From a virus, in IMG/VR virus record IMGVR_UViG_3300030524_000001: a DNA stretch of 64,000 nt; one strand, 5' to 3'. This document shows, one piece after another, positions 45,612 to 54,753 of this stretch; within the stretch, counting starts at the first letter, position 1, and each line of letters begins with the position of its first letter. Below the pieces are notes generated by a model. It saw nothing but the letters and a program-made list of their open reading frames with translations. It searched no databases and was not told where the DNA came from. The position numbers were made by a program, and so were the translations under genes.

Positions 45612-46970
45612 TCAGACAGCACTGACCAGGCGCGAGTACCGCCCGGCATATTTCGGCGCGCGCAACGCAGCCACGGTGTCGGTGACCACGGCGAACGGGA
45701 GGACGTCCGGGCTGGTCGTGGTCGGTGCCAGCGGGATGACCTGCATGTCGCGGGTGTACGGGCGCAGGAAGAAGTTGGGGTCCTTCGGCACGAGGTAGAT
45801 GTCCTCGTGGCCCGCGCCGCGCGCCTTCGCCCCACTGTTGCCGCCCTGGTACAGGGTCGGGCCGGTGTTGCCGGAGCTGTTGGTCTGCAGGTTGGTGCCG
45901 GTGTCGATGATGCTGGTCACGGCAGTGCCGGTGGTGTCGAACGCGTCGACGACGCCGACGAGGGACTCGGTGCCGGTGGTGGTGGACCGGTAGACCTTGT
46001 ACAGGATCGGGGAGGCGCCGTCCGGCATGTTGGTCGGGGTGGAGAAGCTCAACGTCACCGTGGACGTGGAGCCAGTGGTGGTCTGGGAGACCTCGGTGGA
46101 GCACTGGATCTCGCCGAAGCGGGCGATCACCGCACTGACCTGGTAGTAGTACGTGGTCGCCGCGAGGGTGCCGCCGGTGGTGGCGGTCGCGGTGGAGACC
46201 GCGCCCATCTGGTTGGAGCGGGGCGCGAGGAACGAGGACTCGACCAGCGGGACGCCGCGGTAGGTCGGGACGATCAGACCGGCGGCGACCTCGATCTCGC
46301 CCATGAACCGCTGCTGCGTGCTGAGCAGCTGCGAGATGGATCCGAGGATCGCGGGCGACATGATGAACATGTAGCTGCCGCCGTTGACGGGCAGACCCGC
46401 GTTGCTGGAGACCTGTGCCATCAGCGAGTCGAGGATCTTGGTGCTGAAGGTCGCGCCCGCGCCGTCGGTCGCGTTGGTGTAGGCGTTGGAGCCGGTCCCG
46501 TTGGTGAAGTTCGAGACCAGGTAGTCCAGGCCGGAGCAGATCGGGTACAGGCCGTTGGCGGTCGCCGGGTCGTTGCCCCAGATGAAGGAGTTCTCGACGG
46601 ACCACAGCATCGACTGGACGGTGCCGTCGATTTCCAGCTGCCGCAGGTCACCAACGAGGTCGCGGGTGACGGTCTGCGCGAAGCCCGTCACAGCGCCGAC
46701 GGCCTGGAACAGCTTGATGTTGAAGACGGCCTGCTCGTAGGTCGAGTTGCCGAGCGGGCGGGCGCCGCCGTCGACGACGCCACCGGCGTCCGGGCGCTGG
46801 GTGCGCCGGTTGAAGAAGTACTGCGTGGAGCCCCACTGGCGGGCCGGGATCGCCGCGAGGAGCGGCGCGAACCGGCGCTGGTACTCAAGGAGCAGCGGGT
46901 CGATCTGCTTTTGCACGAGGCCCGGGACGGAAGTTGCAGCCGTCAGGGCTTCCTCAAGTTCGGTCGGCAT
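45612..46970 (-). CDS. major capsid protein (HK97 fold) with Ig/FN3-like insertion
   Basis: Start MPTELEEAL; LVQKQIDPLLLEY...YRGVPLVES; Thr-rich insertion with YYYQVSAV...YKVYRS...IIDTG. Confidence 0.88.
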   Translation of the reverse strand: MPTELEEALTAATSVPGLVQKQIDPLLLEYQRRFAPLLAAIPARQWGSTQYFFNRRTQRPDAGGVVDGGARPLGNSTYEQAVFNIKLFQAVGAVTGFAQTVTRDLVGDLRQLEIDGTVQSMLWSVENSFIWGNDPATANGLYPICSGLDYLVSNFTNGTGSNAYTNATDGAGATFSTKILDSLMAQVSSNAGLPVNGGSYMFIMSPAILGSISQLLSTQQRFMGEIEVAAGLIVPTYRGVPLVESSFLAPRSNQMGAVSTATATTGGTLAATTYYYQVSAVIARFGEIQCSTEVSQTTTGSTSTVTLSFSTPTNMPDGASPILYKVYRSTTTGTESLVGVVDAFDTTGTAVTSIIDTGTNLQTNSSGNTGPTLYQGGNSGAKARGAGHEDIYLVPKDPNFFLRPYTRDMQVIPLAPTTTSPDVLPFAVVTDTVAALRAPKYAGRYSRLVSAV

Positions 46971-46998
46971 GAGTGCCTCGTCTTTCGTGGGCATGCGA

Positions 46999-47028
46999 AA
47001 GCCCCGCCGGGGTGTCCGGGCGGGGCTT
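46999..47028. terminator. hairpin between capsid start and HNH promoter
   Basis: AAGCCCCGCC / GGCGGGGCTT. Confidence 0.5.
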
Positions 47029-47066
47029 CGGAAGTGATGGAGAGCCGGAAGCGATATGCTTCTGAC

Positions 47067-47633
47067 ATGAGTTCTGATGCGTGCCTGAACGGCTGCTACC
47101 GCGCCTTATACGCCCGAGGTCTCTGCAATCCCTGTTATCAGCGCTGGCGTCGCAGGTATGCGGGTGAGGCCCTCAGTGGGCTGCCCGAAGAGCAGCGGTT
47201 CTGGGCGAAGGTAGAGAAGACGGACGACTGCTGGATCTGGGGCGGGGGCGTCAACGCGCACGGCTATGGCGGATTCGGAAGACCATCGAAGGTCGCGCAC
47301 CGTGTTGCCTACGAGTTGGCCGTCGGGCTGATTCCTGAAGGTCTCGAACTCGACCACCTGTGCCACGGCAGAGACCGGTCGTGCCCTGGCGGCGACTTGT
47401 GCCCACATCGCAGATGTGTCCGACCAGACCACCTGGAGCCGGTGACCACGAAGATCAATGCTCACCGGTCTGGCAGTGTGTCTGGGCTGAACGCCGCCAA
47501 GGACGTCTGCATCCGCGACCACGAATTCGACGAGGTCAACACCTACGTCAACAAGGCAGGGCATCGTGTTTGTCGCGCATGCGCACGCGAGAAGACCCGC
47601 AAGCGCCGGGCTGCACGAGCTGCGGCGGACTGA
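47067..47633 (+). CDS. free-standing HNH endonuclease, antisense to head operon
   Basis: RFWAKVEKTDDCWIW...AHRVAYE...IPEGLELDHLC...CVRPDHLEPVT...N; TATGCT 6 nt before ATG 47067. Confidence 0.92.
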   Translation: MSSDACLNGCYRALYARGLCNPCYQRWRRRYAGEALSGLPEEQRFWAKVEKTDDCWIWGGGVNAHGYGGFGRPSKVAHRVAYELAVGLIPEGLELDHLCHGRDRSCPGGDLCPHRRCVRPDHLEPVTTKINAHRSGSVSGLNAAKDVCIRDHEFDEVNTYVNKAGHRVCRACAREKTRKRRAARAAAD

Positions 47634-47636
47634 CTG

Positions 47637-49448
47637 TCAGACGCCGATCTTCCCGAAGTCGCCGAGAAGGTGGTCGGCGCGGTCGTCCCACATCTCGGCG
47701 CCGGTCTTGGGCTTGGCGTCGGGGCTGTCGGTCTCGGTGGTGCGGTGCCCGGCGCGCGGCGGCAGACCGTAGGCCTTGAGGAGCTGCGGAATGGCGTCCT
47801 TCATCGCCGCATTGATGGCCTCGTCGACCTGCGCCTTGGTGTAGGTCTCCTCGGTCGGGGCCGGTGCGGTGACCGGAGCCGCGGCCTCCTGCGCCACGAC
47901 AGCGGGGGCGACCGGCGCGACAGGGGTGGCCGGCGCTGCGACCGGTGCAGCCTCGGCGACCGGTGCGGCCGGTGCGACGTGCTGCAGGAGCTGCGCGAAC
48001 TGCTCCTGAGTGAGGCCGACCATCAGCGGCGCGACGGACTGGGCGGTGGTGGGTGCCGGGGTGGCGGGAGCCGCCGTCTCGGCGGCCGGGGTGACGACGT
48101 CGGTCACGGCGGACTCCTTCACTGTGGGGACGGGTTCGACAACCGGGTCCGGCGTCGAAAGCTGGGGGGCGACTGCGGGTGCGGTCTCGTCCGCGGACGC
48201 CTGCGTCGAGTTGCAGGTGCCGCAGTCGTTGCACGGGCACGGGCAGCCGGGGCCGCCTGCCATCTGGTGCGGGACGGAGCAGCCGCAGCCGCACGGGCAG
48301 CCGGAGCCGGGCTGGGGTTCGTCAGCCATGTCGGGGTCCTCCTCGTCTTCGGGTTCGTCGGCGTCGCCGAGGCCCCGGTCGATGTCTTCGGCCGGTGCGC
48401 CTTCGACGTCGATGTCGTCGTCGAGGTCCGGGTCCAGGGCGGTTAGTGCGTCGCAGGCGCCGGCCATGGCGGCGGCGCCGACCGCCTGGAGGTCGTGGGC
48501 GTCGATGAGGCGCGAGGTGACGCTGACGGTCGTCGGCCCGTTCGTCAGCGAGATGTAGATGTCGCCGCCGGACTGGTCCATGGCCCAGCATTCGGCGAGG
48601 GATTCGGAGACTGGAGCGACGGTTTCGATGAGCCAGTTCTCGGCAGACACCATCACGCCGAAGCCCTGGAGGGCCTTTCGAATCTTGGCCTTGATGTTCT
48701 TGAGCTGCTTCGACGTGTACAGGCGCGCATTGTCGGCCTGGTGGATGTAGCTCCACGCCGCCTTGGCCTTGATCTTCGTCGAGAGGTCGTACCGCTTCTG
48801 CTTGTCCTTCTGGTAGCCCGGGTCGGCGAACGGCCCGCTGGACTGCGGTGCGGCCTCGGGGACCGGCGTGGCCGCCTCTTCGGTGATGACGGTGGCCACG
48901 GGGACCTCCCAGGTTTCGGCGATAGGGGTACGCCCGGCGGTGGCCGGCGCGGATTCGGTCGGCGGCGATCCGCCGGGGGAGTCGATGAGCGCCTGGACGA
49001 CTCCGGGCGTTGCCGTCATGTCGACGGCGTCGACTTCCAAGTCGTCGGCGGTGGTGGCCATCTGGCCGTTGACTTCGACGCTCTTGGTCTCGCCGAGGAA
49101 GTAGCCGTGGATGCTGACGCTCTTGAGGCCGGGCGGCCCGCCGTCGGCTGGCTGCACGAGCGCCGCGATGTCCCGGGCTGGCGCGGTGTCGTACCAGCGG
49201 GCTTCGAAGCGGGCGGAGCCATCGGGTGCTTGCTGGACTCTGACGACCCGACCCACGATGAGCTGGGAATTATCACCGGCGCTGTGATGTGTACGCATCA
49301 CAATCGGTAGGGCGTCGGGATCTGCGATGCGCTCCTGCATCCGAGCGACGGCCTTACCGATCAGCTCCTTGGTGTACAGACACCGGTTGAGGCTGACGCC
49401 TGGGTACAGGAATGTGCCGGTGAATGGCTTGAGCGCAGCGGCGGCCAT
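47637..49448 (-). CDS. prohead protease-scaffold fusion
   Basis: N-terminal protease-like region (PGVSLN..LY, MRTHH, SVSIHG, VDMTATPGV), GPFADPGY...KRY...AAWSYI domain, long acidic Ala/Pro-rich scaffold tail; precedes capsid. Confidence 0.75.
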   Translation of the reverse strand: MAAAALKPFTGTFLYPGVSLNRCLYTKELIGKAVARMQERIADPDALPIVMRTHHSAGDNSQLIVGRVVRVQQAPDGSARFEARWYDTAPARDIAALVQPADGGPPGLKSVSIHGYFLGETKSVEVNGQMATTADDLEVDAVDMTATPGVVQALIDSPGGSPPTESAPATAGRTPIAETWEVPVATVITEEAATPVPEAAPQSSGPFADPGYQKDKQKRYDLSTKIKAKAAWSYIHQADNARLYTSKQLKNIKAKIRKALQGFGVMVSAENWLIETVAPVSESLAECWAMDQSGGDIYISLTNGPTTVSVTSRLIDAHDLQAVGAAAMAGACDALTALDPDLDDDIDVEGAPAEDIDRGLGDADEPEDEEDPDMADEPQPGSGCPCGCGCSVPHQMAGGPGCPCPCNDCGTCNSTQASADETAPAVAPQLSTPDPVVEPVPTVKESAVTDVVTPAAETAAPATPAPTTAQSVAPLMVGLTQEQFAQLLQHVAPAAPVAEAAPVAAPATPVAPVAPAVVAQEAAAPVTAPAPTEETYTKAQVDEAINAAMKDAIPQLLKAYGLPPRAGHRTTETDSPDAKPKTGAEMWDDRADHLLGDFGKIGV

Positions 49449-49669
49449 CAGCTACCTCCTCGGCGGGTCCGGGCGGCGCGCGCCGTGGCTGCAGGGGGAG
49501 GTGCGGGCTTCTTGCGGGCCCGGTCGGCGGCGAACAGCCGCAGGATCGCCTCGCGGACACGCGAATCCTCGTCGATGGCGGTGATCAGCCAGTCGCGGAA
49601 CTCGACCTCAGCGGTGGCTTCGTCGTGGTGCCGTCCCGGCGCCCTGGCCGGTCGCATGTACACGGTCAC
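49448..49669 (-). CDS. small hypothetical protein
   Basis: GTGA overlap upstream and TGATG overlap downstream. Confidence 0.5.
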   Translation of the reverse strand: MTVYMRPARAPGRHHDEATAEVEFRDWLITAIDEDSRVREAILRLFAADRARKKPAPPPAATARAARTRRGGS

Positions 49670-50037
49670 CTGCCGTACAGGCTGAGCGTCACACCAGTGA
49701 ACGCGGGGGTGGTGCCGCCGAGCGTCCACGTGACCTGGCACAGCATCGGCAGGACCAGGTTCGAGGTGTGCAGGCCGCAGGACCCGGACTGATGGCCAGC
49801 TGCCGTGAGCGCGGTCAGTGCCAGGGCGGCAGGGTAGACGTTGGCGTCCTGGTCGAGGAGGTCGACCTGGACGGTGAGTGTCGGGGTCGTGCCGCTGGGG
49901 GCGTTCGCGACGAAGGCGGCGAGCCACAGGTCGGTGACGTCGTGGATGTCCAGAACCACGGAGGAGGTGCTGGACGCCCCAATGAGGGAGGCGCCGTCCA
50001 GGGACCAGACCTTGCGGCCGTACGGATAGATCGCCAC
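49666..50037 (-). CDS. small beta-rich virion-region protein
   Basis: AGGAG RBS; SGTTPTLTVQV...VTWTLGGTTPAFT. Confidence 0.6.
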   Translation of the reverse strand: MAIYPYGRKVWSLDGASLIGASSTSSVVLDIHDVTDLWLAAFVANAPSGTTPTLTVQVDLLDQDANVYPAALALTALTAAGHQSGSCGLHTSNLVLPMLCQVTWTLGGTTPAFTGVTLSLYGR

Positions 50038-50039
50038 AG

Positions 50040-51503
50040 CTACTCCTCGCCTTCGTCGGGGATCGCGGTTGACGGCGGGGGAGCGCCGGGGACATCGGCA
50101 TCCGCCGGCGAAAGCACACAGCGACAGTTCGGGTGAAGCGGCGGCACGGGCGCGTCGGCGATGGCGTACGGGCTGCCGCTCTCGGCGTCCTGGCAGGCCG
50201 CGCAGACGTTGTTGCCGCCGGCGGTCCAGTAGTTGAGCATGGTGACGCCGCCGTCAGTGAATGTGCCGACCGCGCCGCTGCTCCATGCCTGGCCCATGGC
50301 CATGTCGAGGGGGGCGGTGACCGGGGTGGCGCCGTCGCCGGTGAGTGCGGCGCGGACGGCGGCGAGGAGCGCTGCGAGGGTCAGCTTCGCGGCGAAGCCC
50401 TTGGCGAGGAGTCGCGCGAGTGTCGAAGCCGCGCCGGACATGATTTTCGCTGCGACGGGTGGTGCCTGCCCCCAGGTCGTGAGGTCGCTGATGTCGTCGC
50501 GGGCTGAGTCGTAGGCGGCGGCCATGTCGTGCTTGCTGCCGCTGATGGCACGCCCTGCCGCTGCACCTTCAGCCTGGGCATCACCCAGCGCAGTGGTGAT
50601 GCTGTCGAGGAACTTCTGGTAGGCGGGGTCGGCCATGTTGGCGCCAATGAATGCTTGGCGTGCGATGGCGAGGGCCTGCATCCTGATGGCCTGCGGCGAC
50701 TGGTCGGGCAGATTGGGTGCTTGGGCGTGGAAGCTTCCGACGAGTTCGTCGAGGGAGATGAGTTGCAGGCACTTGGCCCAGGCGGCGAGGACTGCGGCCT
50801 GGTGCTGCTTCTCGCGCTTCTCGCGGCGCTGGTAGATCAGCGCCCAGGTCCCTTCAAGCTGCCCGATCTTGATGGTGGCTTCGAGGACGGCCGGGGCATC
50901 GGGATGCCCGCACGCCCATTCGACTGCGGCGATCGAGGCTGCGCGGACCTCGTCGGTCATCGGGGCGTCGCGGACGCTGGCCCAGCCCGTGGCGAATGCG
51001 GTCCGGGCGTCCTCGCGCAGACTGCTGGCGGTCTCACTGGCGAGGGTGTAGCCGGTGCGGTCGCCTGCGTGGACGGCGTTGACCGTGGTGAACAGGACGG
51101 GCGTGCACGGGATGCGGTCGATGGGCGACTCGGCGTCCGGGTCGATGAATGCGATCGAGATGTGCGCGGTGTGGCCGTGCTCGCGCGGGACGTCTATGCC
51201 GTGCGCGGCGAGTACATCAAGGGTGTCGCGGCGCAGGTCCTCGATTCCGGGCCCGTCGACGAGGGCAACGATGACATCCAGTTCGCCGCCGGTGAACCGG
51301 GCATGGCCGGAGATGCTTGCCTGGATCGGTGGCCGGTCGGCGAGGCTCGCCGCGACCTTGCGCAGCGTGTCCCGGTCGACGCCGACCGCCGGGCCCGTGT
51401 AGGCAATCGTGCAATGCATGGACTCGGGCAAGATGCCGCCAGGGACGGCAAGCTGCTCGGCGAGGTCAAGCGGCGGATACAGGGCGATCATGCTGCCGTT
51501 CAC
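50040..51503 (-). CDS. 2H-phosphoesterase (Acb1/LigT-like) domain fused to MuF minor head protein
   Basis: N-terminal MHCTIAY and HTAHISIAF (HxT/HxS pair); C-terminal W...VCAAC...PPLHPNCRCVL MuF signature. Confidence 0.8.
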   Translation of the reverse strand: MNGSMIALYPPLDLAEQLAVPGGILPESMHCTIAYTGPAVGVDRDTLRKVAASLADRPPIQASISGHARFTGGELDVIVALVDGPGIEDLRRDTLDVLAAHGIDVPREHGHTAHISIAFIDPDAESPIDRIPCTPVLFTTVNAVHAGDRTGYTLASETASSLREDARTAFATGWASVRDAPMTDEVRAASIAAVEWACGHPDAPAVLEATIKIGQLEGTWALIYQRREKREKQHQAAVLAAWAKCLQLISLDELVGSFHAQAPNLPDQSPQAIRMQALAIARQAFIGANMADPAYQKFLDSITTALGDAQAEGAAAGRAISGSKHDMAAAYDSARDDISDLTTWGQAPPVAAKIMSGAASTLARLLAKGFAAKLTLAALLAAVRAALTGDGATPVTAPLDMAMGQAWSSGAVGTFTDGGVTMLNYWTAGGNNVCAACQDAESGSPYAIADAPVPPLHPNCRCVLSPADADVPGAPPPSTAIPDEGEE

Positions 51504-51572
51504 CCATCGCCCCCCGCCGTGCGTTGAGCGAGACCTGCGGAGTTGAAGTCGCCATCTGCCCCGCAGGTGGCC

Positions 51573-52316
51573 CTAGCTGATCGCTGCCCAGATCGTCGCG
51601 GCGAGGTTGCCCGACGCCGAGCCCAGCGTCACCGACTGCGGCATCGCCGTCTGCGACGTACCCGAGGACAGGAACCGGCCCGTCGCCGTGGCCAGGCCGG
51701 CGTTGCCGATCGAGACGCCGCCGGGCTTGAGCGCCGACCCTGAGGCCAGGGTGATCGCGGTGCCGCCGTTGCACAGCACCCCAACGTAGTAGGCACCCGG
51801 GGCGGCGCTCACTACGGGGCTCGCCCAGGCAGCGGTGATCAGGCCAGCGCTGGCGAAGGCCGTGCTCTGGTCAGCCGAGATCGCGATCTGCGTGCCGGTC
51901 GAGTTGAACAGCGCCAGGTAGTTCTCGGACGCGGTCAGTGTGCCACCTGCCGTAGATACCTCGACGAGTCCGTTGGTGAGGGTCTGCTGCTGCGTCACGA
52001 TGACCTTCGAGAGGTACACGACCCCCGCGGTGGTCAGGAACGTCGATGCCGCTGCGGCCGGGTCGAAGGACCAGGCGATCAGACCGGAGTCCGCGGCCGT
52101 CGGGTCCGGGTTCTTCAGCGAGGTGACATTGCCGGAGGTGTCCATGAACACGGCGACGCCGTACTGGGAGTAGACGACAGCACCACCGGACGGGGTCGCG
52201 GGGGCAGTGGTCTGATTGGTCAGGTTCGCGCCCCGGTTGACGGTCAGGTGGTCAACGGTGATGTCGGTGTTGACGCGTCCGGTGACGACGGGTTCCTGCT
52301 CGCCTGCCTGGGCCAT
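51573..52316 (-). CDS. virion accessory (fibre/decoration-like) protein
   Basis: Ser/Thr/Ala/Gly-rich; C-terminal domain is paralogous to that of 58522-61014. Confidence 0.65.
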   Translation of the reverse strand: MAQAGEQEPVVTGRVNTDITVDHLTVNRGANLTNQTTAPATPSGGAVVYSQYGVAVFMDTSGNVTSLKNPDPTAADSGLIAWSFDPAAAASTFLTTAGVVYLSKVIVTQQQTLTNGLVEVSTAGGTLTASENYLALFNSTGTQIAISADQSTAFASAGLITAAWASPVVSAAPGAYYVGVLCNGGTAITLASGSALKPGGVSIGNAGLATATGRFLSSGTSQTAMPQSVTLGSASGNLAATIWAAIS

Positions 52317-52478
52317 GATGCTCCGCTCGTGGGATTTGCCGGGTGGCCGGTCGTGAAGGGCGCCGCCGTCCATCGGCGCGCGCGGATATCGAACCGTGCG
52401 TCACCGTTGCGTAACGTGCTGACGGTGGATCATGTGGCGCTGCGAAGCTGGCCGCCCACCGAACCCCAGGGGGACACC

Positions 52479-53069
52479 ATGGGACTGTTCAAGAGCAGCA
52501 AGCCGACGCCGGTCGACGGGGCGCCGGTGCCGATCGCCGAGTACAAGGTCAGCTACCGGGGCGGCCTCGCCGCGCTACCGAAGGCGAAGGTCGGCGAGAT
52601 TATCCTGCGGACCTGGGACGACCGCTTCGGCCTCAGCCCCACCATCGGCAGCAAGAAGTTCTGGCCGCCGCTCAGGATCCCCTACGCCGCGATCAGCGAC
52701 GTGCAGATCGTCCGCCGGCAGGTCACCGGCGCCGAGGCACTCCTGTCGGCGGGCTCCCGCAACGGGACACGCGGCCTGGAACAGAACAACAACATCCACA
52801 TCCACTACACCGACGACACCGGTGCCGCGATCGTGCTCCGCCTGGAGATGCTCACCGGCTTCAACATCACCACCCAGGCCAAGCGTGCCGCCGAGTTCAA
52901 CGACCTGCTACAAGCCCGCGGCATCCGGGCGCGGTTCCAGCAGCCAGTTGCTCAGCCTGGTGTCGGCTCTGTCGCGGATGAGCTCGGAAAGCTGCAGCAG
53001 CTGGCCGCGTCGGGCGTACTGTCGCCCGAGGAGTTCGCTGCGGCGAAGGCCCGGCTGCTCGGCCTGTAG
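52479..53069 (+). CDS. SHOCT-domain protein (PH-like N-terminus), antisense moron
   Basis: C-terminal VADELGKLQQLAASGVLSPEEFAAAKARLL; AGGGGG RBS before ATG 52479. Confidence 0.85.
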   Translation: MGLFKSSKPTPVDGAPVPIAEYKVSYRGGLAALPKAKVGEIILRTWDDRFGLSPTIGSKKFWPPLRIPYAAISDVQIVRRQVTGAEALLSAGSRNGTRGLEQNNNIHIHYTDDTGAAIVLRLEMLTGFNITTQAKRAAEFNDLLQARGIRARFQQPVAQPGVGSVADELGKLQQLAASGVLSPEEFAAAKARLLGL

Positions 53070-53145
53070 GGGCCCGGTCAGCCGATCTCCTTCTGGATCA
53101 GGGGAAGCACGTCCTGCGCCCTGGTGGGATGTCCGGTAGGCATGG

Positions 53146-54753
53146 TCACCTCCCTGCTCCTACGAGTTCGCGGGCAGGCGGGAGTTCGGCGAGGGCCTGG
53201 GTGCGGCGCGCCCGGTAGGTGCGCCGCCATTCCTCGTCGAGGCTCTCGCGGGGCCCCGTGCCTTGCGGCAGGTCGCCGGCCAGGCCGGGGCCGTCCTCGG
53301 GGCCGAGCGGCGACGCGTCGAACGGGACGGGCTGGACAACGGGCGGCTCAACGGGATCCGGCTTGCTGAGCGTCACCGGGGTGCCGGGTGTCGGGGCGTC
53401 GGGCTCCAGGGAGGTGCCCTTGAGCTTCATGGCAATGCCGGCCTTGGACATGGCGTCCATGTCGGACCACTTGACGAGGTTCTGGCGGTCGACCAGGACC
53501 GGGTCGTCGCCGCCGTCGACGGGGGGTTCGCCGATCTCGTCGCGGACGCGGTTCAGGGTGTAGGAGCCGTTGCGCAGGCGGGTGTCGCGGATGTTCTCAA
53601 CGGTCGTCGAGTCGCGGTAGTCGATCTCGGGGAATTCGAGGTGCCAGTCCTCGATGCCGAAGCCCTGCTGCAGCAGATGAAAGTTGATCTTCTCCAGGAC
53701 GAGGGACTGCACCGGGATGATGGTGTTGATTCGCAGCGTTTTGTCCTGAGACTCCCCAGTGCCGCCGCCCAGGTTGCCGGACTCGATGATCCCCAGCTTG
53801 CCCGGCGGGACACCAAACGTGGCGATGATCTCGTCGCGCAGTTGCTTGCTGGCGGCCAGGTAGTCGGTGACCTTGCGCGGGTCCAGGACCTCGACCTTGC
53901 CGTCGCCGGTCGTGATCGTGGGGTTGCCGACCGCCTTCGGCCCCAGATTGAAGACCATGTACTGCTCGCGCCACCGCTGCACCTCAGTGTCGGACAGGTG
54001 CCCGAGGTCGACGTGGATCCGCGGCGGGTCGCCCCGGCGGAAACACTCCTTGATCGTCGCTTCGGTGAACAGCCACGCCGTCACCGGCAGCAGTGCCTTC
54101 TGCGTCGGACCCACCCCGTAGGAGCCACCCCGCGGCGCGTCCAGCGAGATGTGGATGACCTGCTCCGGAGTGAACTCGGCCGTCCGCGTGCCGCCCAGGC
54201 CGTCCACAACCTGGATGTACCCGGTGACCTCGCCGTGCGCGTCCGCGACGACCGTCATCGTCGTCGAGTCCAGGGTGTACAGCGCGACCGGCTCGCCCAG
54301 CAGCGTCACGATCTCGATGTACGCGTCCCCGAACAAGTTCAGGTCGATCACAGCGGACCGCAGGAGCTGCACCATGTCCTGGCGCGGGTTCACATACCGC
54401 ATCAGGCGGCGCAGCCGTGTCACCTCGGGCGTGTCCGGCGGCACTGTCCCGTCGTCCGACAGCGCATCCGACACCACCTGCAGGCCGCCCGCAGTGACCG
54501 TGCGTGCGATCAGATCGATCGGCGCGGCCACCCACGGGCACGTCAGGTACGCCTGGTACAGCTGCGTCATGACCTGCTGGCGTTCCTGGCTGTACGCTGC
54601 CGCGGTGCGCGACGTCGTCGGCATGAGCGCCGTGCCGTACTCGTAGCCGATACGCTGCGCGCCCGCCGCAGCCGAAGCCGACGGACCGGCCGGGGCGGCC
54701 TCGGCTACCGGGGTCCGGCGGAAGGCATCGCGGATACGTGCTCCTAGCCCCAC
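53146..54753 (-). CDS. portal protein
   Basis: YLTCPWVAAPIDLIA...NLFGDAYIEI...IIATFGVPPGKLG...TLNRVRDEIGEPPVDGGD; follows terminase. Confidence 0.93.
   Translation of the reverse strand: MGLGARIRDAFRRTPVAEAAPAGPSASAAAGAQRIGYEYGTALMPTTSRTAAAYSQERQQVMTQLYQAYLTCPWVAAPIDLIARTVTAGGLQVVSDALSDDGTVPPDTPEVTRLRRLMRYVNPRQDMVQLLRSAVIDLNLFGDAYIEIVTLLGEPVALYTLDSTTMTVVADAHGEVTGYIQVVDGLGGTRTAEFTPEQVIHISLDAPRGGSYGVGPTQKALLPVTAWLFTEATIKECFRRGDPPRIHVDLGHLSDTEVQRWREQYMVFNLGPKAVGNPTITTGDGKVEVLDPRKVTDYLAASKQLRDEIIATFGVPPGKLGIIESGNLGGGTGESQDKTLRINTIIPVQSLVLEKINFHLLQQGFGIEDWHLEFPEIDYRDSTTVENIRDTRLRNGSYTLNRVRDEIGEPPVDGGDDPVLVDRQNLVKWSDMDAMSKAGIAMKLKGTSLEPDAPTPGTPVTLSKPDPVEPPVVQPVPFDASPLGPEDGPGLAGDLPQGTGPRESLDEEWRRTYRARRTQALAELPPARELVGAGR

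Noticed and set aside
45390-47633. 747-aa plus-strand ORF
   Set aside because: Only the last 188 aa (HNH) are meaningful; the rest is the antisense shadow of the capsid gene, which is common in high-GC DNA.
52407-52435. Promoter for the SHOCT gene (TTGCGT-N17-TCATGT)
   Set aside because: The -10 match is weak, so it is not reported as a feature.
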